UHGV virus genome: UHGV-0016284
Length of the DNA: 55,548 nucleotides
Source: a virus
Direction: 5' to 3' (one strand)
Below, piece after piece: positions 27,694 through 36,246 of the stretch (positions are counted from its first letter, which is position 1; each line of letters starts with the position of its first letter). The notes under the pieces are model-generated. The model saw nothing but the letters and a program-made list of their open reading frames with translations, made no database searches and was not told the DNA's origin. A program made the translations under genes and the position numbers.

Positions 27694-28177
27694 AGCGGCT
27701 GAATTGCTGAGACTTGCGGCTGAAACTATCGAGGCAAGAGGAGAACAAAACGGATACGATCGAAAAGAAGAAAAATCAGCGCCAAAAATAGCCACTATTT
27801 ACAACGCTAAGAAGGGGACAAGTTTAACCCCGCTTGATGTATGGGATCTAATGATTTGCCTCAAGGAGGCGCGATTAGAGGCCATTTTAAGCAATGGAAG
27901 CGATCCGCTCGACACTCTCATAGACCTTATTGCTTACAACGCGCTAAAAGCGGAGCAAATATTAGCGGAGCGGGAGGAAGAGCAAAAGAAAAAACAGGGT
28001 GATTTTGATATGTCGTTAAATTGCCGCTGTAAGAAAACCTCAATACCAGGCGACCTAATCGCTAGTGGTGAAGTAATAATGAATGGTAGCTTCCAGCTTG
28101 GTAACGGCTGGCGGTTTAATAAAGAGGCTTTATTGTATACACCGAAGGATCATAAAAATGGAAAGGGTGACGATTGA
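27686..28177 (+). CDS. hypothetical protein (163 aa)
   Basis: GAGGTG ribosome-binding site before ATG 27686 (track start 27668). Confidence 0.45.
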   Translation: MNKAAELLRLAAETIEARGEQNGYDRKEEKSAPKIATIYNAKKGTSLTPLDVWDLMICLKEARLEAILSNGSDPLDTLIDLIAYNALKAEQILAEREEEQKKKQGDFDMSLNCRCKKTSIPGDLIASGEVIMNGSFQLGNGWRFNKEALLYTPKDHKNGKGDD

Positions 28178-28661
28178 CAGGTTATTAGCCTGCGTTTATG
28201 TCGCCGTTTTTGTGATCATCAACCTTATTGTTAACCACTGCGGCCCGTGGGTAATTCCGATCACCACGGTAGCCGCCGTGTGTGTCAATATGATGATCCG
28301 CGACTTTCTGTTATATGACGGCGGCCTGAAATGGTCGGCTACAACATGCGCCGTCGCTGGCGCAATCACGGTGCTAATAAATTACGATGCAGGAATGGTG
28401 GCAATAGCGTCATTCGTCGCGGTTGTTTCAGGTGCGCTTATATCTGGCGGTGTTTACCGGGTTTTGCCTGGTGATTTCGATTCGAAGCGCTGGCCTGCAA
28501 ATATAGCTTCAGCCATCGGGGATGCGTTAATTTTCCCGACGCTATCGTTTATGGCGTTTATGCCGGAAATATCAGCAATGCAGTTTATCTCAAAAATGGC
28601 AGCGGTAACGGTGATCACTATCATCATGCGCCGCTATTTCACGTTTGAGGGTAGGAAATGA
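28158..28661 (+). CDS. integral membrane protein (4-5 predicted TM helices); possible DUF165/VUT-type transporter
   Basis: Hydrophobic throughout; loose similarity by eye to YhhQ-family transporters (ASAIGDALIFPTLSFMAF versus YhhQ ASTLFGNVSDTLAFFFIAF). Family assignment is tentative. Confidence 0.5.
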   Translation: MERVTIDRLLACVYVAVFVIINLIVNHCGPWVIPITTVAAVCVNMMIRDFLLYDGGLKWSATTCAVAGAITVLINYDAGMVAIASFVAVVSGALISGGVYRVLPGDFDSKRWPANIASAIGDALIFPTLSFMAFMPEISAMQFISKMAAVTVITIIMRRYFTFEGRK

Positions 28662-29185
28662 ATTGGGATGATTATTTTATATACAATCCAGATACAGGTA
28701 AGTTGTACTGGAAATATAGAAATGACATAGAAGAATCAAGGCGTAAACAATGGAATGCGTGTAATGCTGGTCATGAAGTTGGACATATTGGCGGTAGCGG
28801 TGGGTATCTTAATACAGCGCTTACCGTTGGTGGAAAGCGTTATAATTTAAAAGTTCACAGAATATGTTATGAGATGTACTATGGCCCAATACCTGAAGGA
28901 AAGGAGGTTGATCATATAAATCACATTAAAACAGATAACAGAGCAGTAAATCTTGGATTAAAGGACCATAAAGATAATATGCGCAACATGTCTTTGATGG
29001 TAAACAATACCAGTGGATGTACTGGCGTACATAAAAACAAACATGGGAAATGGGTTGTTAGAATAGGAGGAGGCAAAAGAGGCAATAGGATTTATATAGG
29101 TTGTTTTTCTGATATTAATGACGCAATAAAAGCGCGGCGCGACGCTGAAAAAGAGTATGGATATCACGAAAACCACGGCAAATAG
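28658..29185 (+). CDS. HNH endonuclease with AP2-like DNA-binding domain (homing-endonuclease-like)
   Basis: YNLKVHRICYEMYYGPIPEGKEVDHINHIKTDNRAVNL (HNH_3-like); CTGVHKNKHGKWVVRIG....IYIGCFSDINDAIKARR (AP2-like). Confidence 0.65.
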   Translation: MNWDDYFIYNPDTGKLYWKYRNDIEESRRKQWNACNAGHEVGHIGGSGGYLNTALTVGGKRYNLKVHRICYEMYYGPIPEGKEVDHINHIKTDNRAVNLGLKDHKDNMRNMSLMVNNTSGCTGVHKNKHGKWVVRIGGGKRGNRIYIGCFSDINDAIKARRDAEKEYGYHENHGK

Positions 29186-29286
29186 AACAAGCCACCGCCG
29201 CGCGGCTTCGCCCGTGCTGTATTCCTGGCTAACGACCGGGCCATCACGCGGACTACGCTTAACCGCGTTTTACCGGACTAAAGTTT

Positions 29287-29359
29287 ACAAAATGGCGTCA
29301 TTGCGTGATATGGATCACATAATGGCGCTTTTCGCCTTGTTCTGGTGTATCCATTTTGT
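29287..29359. promoter_or_regulatory. nested inverted repeats (TTTACAAAATGG ... GTGATatggATCAC ... CCATTTTGTA)
   Basis: ACAAAATGG at 29287-29295 and its reverse complement at 29351-29359 flank the palindrome gtgatatggatcac; intergenic between the HNH gene and the next ORFs. Confidence 0.3.
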
Positions 29360-29440
29360 ATACTTCAAGCAAACAAAATGCTCTTTAAAAATCCGGCAGC
29401 GCTGAAATGCGTAGAAATCACCTGAAAATGAGAGGGCATT

Positions 29441-29617
29441 ATGTCTTTTGATAATTACCAATGGCATGACGACTATGAACGAGAGAGCGTCATGCGTGCA
29501 ATGTGCAATGTATGCAGCACGAAGAAAGGAGGCTGTAACGAGTGCAACGAATGCTTAGAACATTGGCTAAGGGCCGGACACGCCGAAAGGCTGAACGAAA
29601 CAGAGAATCAAAAATAA
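29441..29617 (+). CDS. small Cys-rich protein (58 aa, CxxC...CxxC, zinc-ribbon-like)
   Basis: MSFDNYQWHDDYERESVMRAMCNVCSTKKGGCNECNECLEHW...; GAGGG ribosome-binding site; below the track cut-off. Confidence 0.35.
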   Translation: MSFDNYQWHDDYERESVMRAMCNVCSTKKGGCNECNECLEHWLRAGHAERLNETENQK

Positions 29618-29631
29618 TCGGGGTGGTTTTT

Positions 29632-30237
29632 ATGCAAAACCCTAAAAAACCCATAAGACGCCGTTGCAAATGCTGCGGCGTTTTTTTTGAGCCTAAATAC
29701 CATAATCAAACGTGGTGCAGCGATGAATGTCTGGAAGAACTGAAATTTGATCAGCTATGCCGCGACCGTGAGAAGGCTATGAAGGCTATGGAACGGAAGA
29801 AACGCCGTGATAGCCAGCGTGATGAACGCAACCGAAAGCGGAAGCAGTTAAATCCGCGTAGCTATTGGTTAAAGCAGGCGCAAGCGGTATTTAATGCCTA
29901 TATCCGCGAGCGTGACGCGAGTTTGCCGTGTATATCCTGCGGGACTTATTACGGTGAGCAATGCGGATACGATGCGGGCCATTATAGGACTGTAGCCGCC
30001 GCCGGACACCTTCGCTTCAATGAAGATAACGTCCACAAGCAATGTAGGCACTGCAACCAGACACTAGACGGCAACATCGGAGGGTATCGCCCGGCGCTGA
30101 TTCGAAAAATTGGCCTCGCCAGGGTGGTGGCGCTGGAGAACAACAACGAAACTCACAAATGGACGATAGAAGAATGTAAGGAGATCATAAAAGTCTATCA
30201 GGCTAAGTTAAACGCCTTAAGGAGGAAGGCGGCATGA
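29632..30237 (+). CDS. ninG: NinG/Rap-type recombination protein
   Basis: N-terminal CKCCGVFFEPKYHNQTWCSDECLEE zinc motif and C-terminal Cys/His cluster typical of lambda NinG. Start set to ATG 29632 (track start 29542). Confidence 0.7.
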   Translation: MQNPKKPIRRRCKCCGVFFEPKYHNQTWCSDECLEELKFDQLCRDREKAMKAMERKKRRDSQRDERNRKRKQLNPRSYWLKQAQAVFNAYIRERDASLPCISCGTYYGEQCGYDAGHYRTVAAAGHLRFNEDNVHKQCRHCNQTLDGNIGGYRPALIRKIGLARVVALENNNETHKWTIEECKEIIKVYQAKLNALRRKAA

Positions 30238-30635
30238 ACGAGTATACATTTAGCCTACCATACCCGCCATCGAACAACCGCTATTACCGGCATTCACGCG
30301 GTTTTCACTATATCAGCAAGGTTGGGAAAGAATACCGGGAGCAAGTAAAAGACATCATCGAACTATTAAATTTAAACATCAACCTATCTTGCCGACTGGC
30401 AATAGCCATTTATGCCGCGCCGCCGGATAACCGAACCAGGGATCTTGATAATATCCCTAAATGCCTTTTTGACAGCCTTACTTATGCCGGATTCTGGAAG
30501 GATGACGGGCAAATTGACTCAATAAAAATTGTTCGCTGCCGGAAGGTAAAAGGCGGGCGATTGTTTATTAAGGTACGCGAACGCGGCGACCTGTTACCGG
30601 ATATTGGTGAATACGAAACTAATATGTGGGGGTGA
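30234..30635 (+). CDS. rusA: RusA Holliday-junction resolvase
   Basis: N-terminus FSLPYPPSNNRYY and catalytic acidic cluster DLDNIPKCLFDSL. Confidence 0.8.
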   Translation: MNEYTFSLPYPPSNNRYYRHSRGFHYISKVGKEYREQVKDIIELLNLNINLSCRLAIAIYAAPPDNRTRDLDNIPKCLFDSLTYAGFWKDDGQIDSIKIVRCRKVKGGRLFIKVRERGDLLPDIGEYETNMWG

Positions 30636-30638
30636 CAA

Positions 30639-30821
30639 ATGAAAAACGAAATTAAAGATCTGCAAATAGATATTCAGCGCGATGAGCATGATTTAGAGAC
30701 TGTGCGACAAATACAGGCTTTCCACATGCGAGAATTGCTTGCGCTTAAAGAGCTTGAAAGAAAGTTGGTGCAGGCAATATCTGATCGCAAGAAACTTGTT
30801 GCGCGTTACGGGGGCAAATAA
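30639..30821 (+). CDS. hypothetical coiled-coil protein (60 aa)
   Basis: ORF in operon. Confidence 0.4.
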   Translation: MKNEIKDLQIDIQRDEHDLETVRQIQAFHMRELLALKELERKLVQAISDRKKLVARYGGK

Positions 30822-31543
30822 TGAATTTGGAATCAATTCTCAAATTCCACTTCCCAAAATCACCGCGTTTATCAGATGAAAGTCGGGGCACGTCCCCGGA
30901 TGCGTTTAATACTACGGATGCACTAACTGCCGCAGGTATGGCGCAATCGCGCGTAGAGCTTGGTTATAGCGCTTTTTTAGGGAAGATGGAACTATCACAA
31001 GCCGAAAAACATAAGGCCGTAGTTTTGCTTACAGAGCGTTTAAGGGCTATGGCAAAAGATTATGAATACGTTATGGAACTGGACGAGGCCAAACGCAATG
31101 ATCTCATTATTCTTGTTGCCGTTTTCGCGTTTCGGGATTATTGCCAAAGCGCCGCGACGGAAAAAACTTGTATGGAGTGCGGCGGATATAAATTTACGTT
31201 TGACGAATACGGAGAAAAACACCTTTGCAAAAAATGCAAGGGGCATGGGACAGTTCGCAATCATTGTAAACAATGCAAGGGTCGTGGCGAGATACCGGAT
31301 AAAACAGCCAGCGAAGCGGCGGAAATGCCAGTATTCAAAACGTGCCAGCACTGCGGCGGGCGCGGGTACTCGCGTTTCCCTGTAGATCTTGTCCGGCAGG
31401 CGGTTAATCAGCTTGTTTTTCCGGTAAGCCGATCAACATGGTGGAAGAAGTACCGCGCTTTCTATGAAGACGCCATTGCCGAATTGTTCAAAGAAGAGGC
31501 GCGGGCTGACAACGAAATCAAACGAGTGACACGGGGTGAATGA
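30821..31543 (+). CDS. Q: late-gene antiterminator Q (lambda Q-like)
   Basis: Aligns by eye with lambda Q from the N-terminus (MNLESILKFHFPKSPRLSDESRGTSPDAF...TAAGMAQSRVELGYSAFLGKMELSQAEKHKAV) through the Cys-rich zinc region. Confidence 0.85.
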   Translation: MNLESILKFHFPKSPRLSDESRGTSPDAFNTTDALTAAGMAQSRVELGYSAFLGKMELSQAEKHKAVVLLTERLRAMAKDYEYVMELDEAKRNDLIILVAVFAFRDYCQSAATEKTCMECGGYKFTFDEYGEKHLCKKCKGHGTVRNHCKQCKGRGEIPDKTASEAAEMPVFKTCQHCGGRGYSRFPVDLVRQAVNQLVFPVSRSTWWKKYRAFYEDAIAELFKEEARADNEIKRVTRGE

Positions 31544-31743
31544 TGGATAAGCTGGAAATAAACGATCAGTTTGCTGTTATCTTGTTCGAAGATAAAACGG
31601 GCGGTGCATGGTGCAAGAAAGTTACCGGTGCTGAAGCGCGTTTAATATTGGGCATGGCAAGCGCATTAAACGAAGGTGAATTACCAGCCGTGCCAATTGA
31701 GCCTGTTCATATTTACGGACGGAGAAACGACAATGAAGCCTAA
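31540..31743 (+). CDS. hypothetical protein (67 aa)
   Basis: ATGA overlap with the Q stop. Confidence 0.4.
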   Translation: MMDKLEINDQFAVILFEDKTGGAWCKKVTGAEARLILGMASALNEGELPAVPIEPVHIYGRRNDNEA

Positions 31744-32002
31744 ATTAAAGGATCATGAATTTAGGGAGCTTATAAACGGAATAACTGACAAAGCAAGGAC
31801 GTACTCAAATGCACAACAATTAAGGGCGGTAATAGTTACTGAATTGCGGAAATATATAGACTTAACAGATCCGGTTGATGCTATGACTATGGACAAGGCC
31901 ATCAAGCGCCGTTCGGCTGATTGGTCAGTTAGCAACACTGGATTAACCGGATACATCGAAGGCTATAACGACTGTTTACAGGATCATAGCAATGAAAAGT
32001 AA
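31733..32002 (+). CDS. hypothetical protein (89 aa)
   Basis: GGAGA ribosome-binding site before ATG 31733. Confidence 0.4.
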   Translation: MKPKLKDHEFRELINGITDKARTYSNAQQLRAVIVTELRKYIDLTDPVDAMTMDKAIKRRSADWSVSNTGLTGYIEGYNDCLQDHSNEK

Positions 32003-32204
32003 CCGTAAGCGCCTTGTAAGGGCATATGACAAAGCATTAAAGGCTTTTGATGATTTGCGTCGCAATAAGCGCCAGCGCCGTAAATGGGCGCGAATGCTTG
32101 TAAGAGAATGGCATAGCGAGGACTATTTCCTTGATGCCAAGCACATGACGCAGGATGTAGCCGACATGTTAGCTGATGAGAACGTTTATTATATGATGTG
32201 GTGA
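31992..32204 (+). CDS. hypothetical basic protein (70 aa)
   Basis: ORF in operon. Confidence 0.35.
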   Translation: MKSNRKRLVRAYDKALKAFDDLRRNKRQRRKWARMLVREWHSEDYFLDAKHMTQDVADMLADENVYYMMW

Positions 32205-32208
32205 TAAT

Positions 32209-32574
32209 ATGCAAATAATTATTGATTATCTTTGTCATGCTGTGAATACGCTTTTTGGTTTTTATCAACAACCATTCCTAAAAGAATGGGATGAAATGCT
32301 TAATGACATCATTGATAAAGGGTTAATAGTTGAAGTAGGCGAGCTAACGATAAAATTCAATTACGAAGGAAAAGAATATGATATATGGGTAGGTAACAGA
32401 TGGTACGCATACGGGCATATTTATTCAATTGGCGGCAAATACATTAAACGCAGCCAGGAGTTCAGGCCACGATTCCGCACAATGCGCCGCCTGCGTGACC
32501 TGCATATGAATATATTGGAAAATCAGGAAGCGTGTGAACTATTCAAGATCTACGGAGATAAATCATGGAGCTAA
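32209..32574 (+). CDS. hypothetical protein (121 aa)
   Basis: GGTGA ribosome-binding site before the ATG. Confidence 0.45.
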   Translation: MQIIIDYLCHAVNTLFGFYQQPFLKEWDEMLNDIIDKGLIVEVGELTIKFNYEGKEYDIWVGNRWYAYGHIYSIGGKYIKRSQEFRPRFRTMRRLRDLHMNILENQEACELFKIYGDKSWS

Positions 32575-32795
32575 AAATCTGGCAGGCTATCGACGTAGTT
32601 GATAATGAATTATCTATGTTTGCCACTGACGGAAAGCGCGTGGTGATCGCTACATGGACGCGCAACCATGATGATATTTCTTTTCGTCGCAGAACGGCGG
32701 AGTGGTTTTTCTCTGAAGGCGGCTACACGATGAACATCGCACAGCTTGCCAGAATGAAAGATGAAAAGCTGGTGGACAGCTACACAACTGCTTAA
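32565..32795 (+). CDS. hypothetical protein (76 aa)
   Basis: ORF overlapping upstream gene. Confidence 0.4.
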   Translation: MELKIWQAIDVVDNELSMFATDGKRVVIATWTRNHDDISFRRRTAEWFFSEGGYTMNIAQLARMKDEKLVDSYTTA

Positions 32796-32805
32796 CGGGG
32801 TGAAT

Positions 32806-33039
32806 ATGCGTATCTATGAACACAAGCGGGATAAAACCCGCTTTTTTGTCCGTGCTGGCGTGGCGTACTGGTATCACGAATGCGGATACATTGAAGCTGT
32901 TGCTTACGATTTGGATTTTGAACAGGAAAAAGAATGGTTCGACTTCAAGATCTACCGGAAGCGCAAACCAACGCGCGACGAACGCCACGCCATCCGGGAC
33001 TTTTTAATCAGCATTGAGCGTTGGGGGACAGAAGAGTGA
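32806..33039 (+). CDS. hypothetical protein (77 aa)
   Basis: GGGGTGA ribosome-binding site before ATG 32806. Confidence 0.4.
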   Translation: MRIYEHKRDKTRFFVRAGVAYWYHECGYIEAVAYDLDFEQEKEWFDFKIYRKRKPTRDERHAIRDFLISIERWGTEE

Positions 33040-33263
33040 AAGTTAAATTCTTGCACGATCACGGTTATCCGTCATTGAAACAGGTTGTTGGTAAGGTCGT
33101 TAATGTCGTTCATAGCGATGATGTCACTTGCATGATTAACGGTGCTGATTTAATCGCCGCTGGCGCTGATGACCATTACATAAATCCGGCATGGTCGTAT
33201 ACGTTCAGCCTGGGCGACTTCGTTGGCGATAAGGGGCGCGGGCTGGAAGTAGTCGAGGGTTAA
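33036..33263 (+). CDS. hypothetical protein (75 aa, GTG start)
   Basis: GTG at 33036 preceded by GGGGGA. Confidence 0.35.
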   Translation: MKVKFLHDHGYPSLKQVVGKVVNVVHSDDVTCMINGADLIAAGADDHYINPAWSYTFSLGDFVGDKGRGLEVVEG

Positions 33264-33267
33264 CATC

Positions 33268-33516
33268 ATGGACGTTTACGAAGATGTTTACCTGGCCCCT
33301 TCATTCTGTAGCTTTTACTTTCTGATCAACGATAAGACTTACAGGTGCGATTCTGATGGGGTTAGGGAAGAAAAGCTGTTTTGCACCAGGGGGCACCTGG
33401 ACGATTTGGTTTTTGCTGGCATATTCCGTAAACGTCCTGCCAACCTGGAAGAAGAAATGTTGATTGAGGTTATTAAAAATGAAAATCAGGGTAAGTTATT
33501 TCCGGGCAAAAGATAA
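33268..33516 (+). CDS. hypothetical protein (82 aa)
   Basis: GAGGG ribosome-binding site. Confidence 0.4.
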   Translation: MDVYEDVYLAPSFCSFYFLINDKTYRCDSDGVREEKLFCTRGHLDDLVFAGIFRKRPANLEEEMLIEVIKNENQGKLFPGKR

Positions 33517-33532
33517 GGCAACAGGAAAGCAG

Positions 33533-33730
33533 ATGGCGATCCTGGTTAACGAGGCTGGATACATGTTTGTGCTTCAGTCGTGGTGTGTTGTAGATCTTAA
33601 CGACAACTGTCGCCGCCACGCTGCGCGAAGTGCTGTTGGTATGAAAGGCTGGCAACCGCGCGACATGGAAAACTACTGTGACTGGAAATTAGTAGCAAAA
33701 TACACGGTAGATTATAAAGGGGTTTTCTGA
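33533..33730 (+). CDS. hypothetical Cys-containing protein (65 aa)
   Basis: AGGAAA ribosome-binding site before ATG 33533 (track start 33464). Confidence 0.35.
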   Translation: MAILVNEAGYMFVLQSWCVVDLNDNCRRHAARSAVGMKGWQPRDMENYCDWKLVAKYTVDYKGVF

Positions 33731-33748
33731 TAGTGGTGAGGTGGTGTT

Positions 33749-33955
33749 ATGCAGGTTAAATGTGTCGAATCAAATAGCAACATTTTTGTAGTCGATAAGA
33801 TTTATCACGTCTATCAGGTTTTGGGCGTTGACTGCGATGAAAGAGATCAAGTGCTAATTGATGAAGATGGCGACCCGTGGAAATTCCTATATCGCTACGC
33901 CAGCGGCGGCGATGTTATTGGTATTCACATTCGTGCAAAATTTGAACTATGTTAA
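33749..33955 (+). CDS. hypothetical protein (68 aa)
   Basis: GGTGAGG ribosome-binding site. Confidence 0.4.
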   Translation: MQVKCVESNSNIFVVDKIYHVYQVLGVDCDERDQVLIDEDGDPWKFLYRYASGGDVIGIHIRAKFELC

Positions 33956-33964
33956 GGTTTAATC

Positions 33965-34264
33965 ATGAAAAGCGACAAATTCATTGCGTGCTGTTTTGTT
34001 GAAGTTCCTAAAGGTGATGTTTTCTGCAATTATGAATTTAAAGACAGCTTAGGCAGATCTCATGTTGTTGTTGGTAAGCGCGGCGACTGGTTATATATCA
34101 CTGATGGAGACAGGATCTTCACTAAAAACCAGTTGTTAAGAATAAAGGCAGAAAATAATGAAATACCGGTTGGTAATATGGGGATTATGAATTATCACGC
34201 TGGTTTATCGTTAAAACACGATGCGGTAAATAAAGCGCGTAGCTTACCTGGTGCAGAATTTTAA
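33965..34264 (+). CDS. hypothetical protein (99 aa)
   Basis: ORF in operon. Confidence 0.4.
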   Translation: MKSDKFIACCFVEVPKGDVFCNYEFKDSLGRSHVVVGKRGDWLYITDGDRIFTKNQLLRIKAENNEIPVGNMGIMNYHAGLSLKHDAVNKARSLPGAEF

Positions 34265-34287
34265 TTTATTACGAAGGAGAATAACAA

Positions 34288-34611
34288 ATGTCTAAATTTG
34301 TCAGTGTTAAAGTTTTTCGTGGTACTTTTCCGAACGAAGAAAGATTGGGACAATTCGCCGGACAATCTGGCGCATGTTTCCGCGTGGCAACTGACGACGA
34401 AGCTAACGTCAAGTGCTTCCATGTAGCTGAACCGCCTTTTAATGCAGACCATCTTGAAGACCTGAATAGAATTAAAAGCCTTATTTTTGCTTATCTGGCG
34501 TTCCCTGGTATTGGTGATGCTGATGTCGAATTACTTGGCGCTGAACTGTTTGCGGAATACAAAATGACTGAAGGGGTAGAAGGGGGAATTGAAATTGAGC
34601 GCATCAAGTAA
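34288..34611 (+). CDS. hypothetical protein (107 aa)
   Basis: GAAGGAGA ribosome-binding site. Confidence 0.45.
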   Translation: MSKFVSVKVFRGTFPNEERLGQFAGQSGACFRVATDDEANVKCFHVAEPPFNADHLEDLNRIKSLIFAYLAFPGIGDADVELLGAELFAEYKMTEGVEGGIEIERIK

Positions 34612-34849
34612 GCTATACAAGATCAGGTGCAAAGGCGAATACCCTGGCTTTACTACTGGATGCGAATACCTGGGCCATATTGGGTATGGCCCTTTCGGTG
34701 AGTTAGGGATGAATACGATGGACGACGACGGCGACAGCAGGACGCTTGATCTTGATTCTGATGATTTCGAATACATCCCGCCGATAACTTACCGCGACGT
34801 TGATGATTTCATGGCCGAACATGACGACGAGGACGATGATGATGATTGA
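34589..34849 (+). CDS. small highly acidic protein (Asp-rich, C-terminal poly-D/E tail)
   Basis: Track ORF starts at a non-ATG codon; a likelier start is ATG 34709 (46 aa, MNTMDDDGDSRTLDLDSDDFEYIPPITYRDVDDFMAEHDDEDDDDD). Confidence 0.35.
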   Translation: MKLSASSKLYKIRCKGEYPGFTTGCEYLGHIGYGPFGELGMNTMDDDGDSRTLDLDSDDFEYIPPITYRDVDDFMAEHDDEDDDDD

Positions 34850-35036
34850 GTGCCTTATTGCTGTTATTGTTTTGCTTTATATCGCTGGCGCTATCCTGAT
34901 GTCATGTTTTATTAAGGTTAGCGAGGCTGACCGTTGCGGATTTGAGATCCCTTTCTGGCCTGTATTGGTTTTTCTCGCTTTCTTTGATGCTACGGTAGTG
35001 CAGATCAAGCGAGCTATTAAGGAGCGCGAGAAATGA
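34842..35036 (+). CDS. small membrane protein (64 aa, two hydrophobic segments)
   Basis: MIECLIAVIVLLYIAGAILMSCFIKV...FWPVLVFLAFFDATVV; ATG overlaps the upstream stop. Confidence 0.4.
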   Translation: MIECLIAVIVLLYIAGAILMSCFIKVSEADRCGFEIPFWPVLVFLAFFDATVVQIKRAIKEREK

Positions 35037-35203
35037 TTGAAGACGGTATCTATTTGCACAAGTTATTTACCTTCGCTTACTTGGTTAAAGGTGATAGGGT
35101 GTTGATACAAAGCGCGGGCAATAAATATTGGGAATCAAGCGGTATGGATCGCGAACACATGCAAACATTGCTTGATAACGGCCTGATATACAGAACTGCA
35201 TAA
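35033..35203 (+). CDS. small hypothetical protein (56 aa)
   Basis: ATGA overlap with the upstream stop; followed by a terminator. Confidence 0.35.
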   Translation: MIEDGIYLHKLFTFAYLVKGDRVLIQSAGNKYWESSGMDREHMQTLLDNGLIYRTA

Positions 35204-35228
35204 AGCCGTATTTGTAGAGCGCAAACAG

Positions 35229-35252
35229 GACCCGCTTCGGCGGGTTTTATTT
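35229..35252 (+). terminator. rho-independent terminator upstream of the cargo gene
   Basis: Hairpin cccgc-ttcg-gcggg followed by ttttattt. Confidence 0.65.
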
Positions 35253-35264
35253 ATTGGGGGCAAT

Positions 35265-35963
35265 ATGGAAGAAATGGTTTTATTGTCATCAATATGGCAT
35301 AAATTCGGAAGCGAGAAAGGTTATTCCCCAGCTTGCTGGTTGAATAGCAAAAGCGGTGAGGAATATCAAGATAAGTGTGAGTTGCGACGGATAGGGAAAA
35401 AAGGGAGCGCTGCTCGCGGGTATTTTGCTCCGCAATATGTGGCAAATGAGTATGGCGGCTGGTTGGCCAGGTCATTGACTAAAGTATCGTCACTTGTCTG
35501 CCTTACAGATATATGGAGGAATCACGATGCGCCCGAGTCGCGTCGTCCTTATCTTTGGTTGCAACGTCGTGGGTGGATATACAAAGACAGCACAAAAGTT
35601 ATAGGCAGTAAGACTTACGCAACAAAAGATGTGGCCGCTGCTTATGATGCGTGGTTGTGTGGTATTGAGAATAATAGACCTTACGGCAATGAGGCGTTTG
35701 CCAGAATTGAGCACGGCGCTTTATGCATGTATGAACAATTGGTTGGTGTTAAGCTAATTAGACAATATAAGGTATTGGAATACCGGATAGATGGTTATGA
35801 TCCGGTAAATAATATCGCCGTAGAAATTGACGAAGGGCATCATAAAAGCCAGGAGGCATCTGACGCTATACGTCAGCGCCGTATTGAAGAGGAGTTGGGA
35901 TGTTCATTTTTTCGGTGTCGCATATTTGACACGGAAACTGCGCAATATTGCAATGAAAAATAA
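35265..35963 (+). CDS. cargo protein with C-terminal Vsr/DUF559-like (PD-(D/E)xK-type) nuclease domain
   Basis: C-terminus YRIDGYDPVNNIAVEIDEGHH.......DAIRQRRIEEELGCSFFR matches the DUF559/Vsr-like pattern (..VDF..P...L.IE.DG..H......D..R...L...G..V.RF) by eye. N-terminal ~140 aa unassigned. Confidence 0.5.
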   Translation: MEEMVLLSSIWHKFGSEKGYSPACWLNSKSGEEYQDKCELRRIGKKGSAARGYFAPQYVANEYGGWLARSLTKVSSLVCLTDIWRNHDAPESRRPYLWLQRRGWIYKDSTKVIGSKTYATKDVAAAYDAWLCGIENNRPYGNEAFARIEHGALCMYEQLVGVKLIRQYKVLEYRIDGYDPVNNIAVEIDEGHHKSQEASDAIRQRRIEEELGCSFFRCRIFDTETAQYCNEK

Positions 35964-36003
35964 AAAAGATTAGCATATTTACAACAATGCGAAACTGTAA
36001 CTA

Positions 36004-36030
36004 CCCGGCCCCGCGCCGGGTTTTTGCTTT
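36004..36030 (+). terminator. rho-independent terminator immediately upstream of the holin gene (tR'-like position)
   Basis: Hairpin cccggc-cccgc-gccggg followed by ttttt; GGAGGA ribosome-binding site and holin ATG follow. Confidence 0.65.
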
Positions 36031-36045
36031 GTTGGAGGAAAATCT

Positions 36046-36246
36046 ATGTTCGACAGAATACGGGAGGCGTGTGCGTATGTGACTGGGGCCGTAACTGCTT
36101 TTTTCGGCGCGATAACCATCAATGACGTCGCTGTTTTCGTTGGTATCTTATCAACCGTAGGCACATTTGCCGTTAATTATTACTTCAAATCACAGGAGAA
36201 CAAGCGGGCGCAAGAGGAACACGACGCGCGAATGGGGAATAAGTAA
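36046..36246 (+). CDS. holin (small two-TM type, pinholin-like)
   Basis: 66 aa, two hydrophobic segments, charged C-terminus (KSQENKRAQEEHDARMGNK); directly precedes the endolysin. Confidence 0.6.
   Translation: MFDRIREACAYVTGAVTAFFGAITINDVAVFVGILSTVGTFAVNYYFKSQENKRAQEEHDARMGNK

Noticed and set aside
29157-29405. Track ORF of 82 aa overlapping the end of the HNH gene
   Set aside because: Overlaps the HNH gene 3' end and the repeat-rich intergenic region; low-complexity translation and no ribosome-binding site at the ATG; the region is more likely regulatory.
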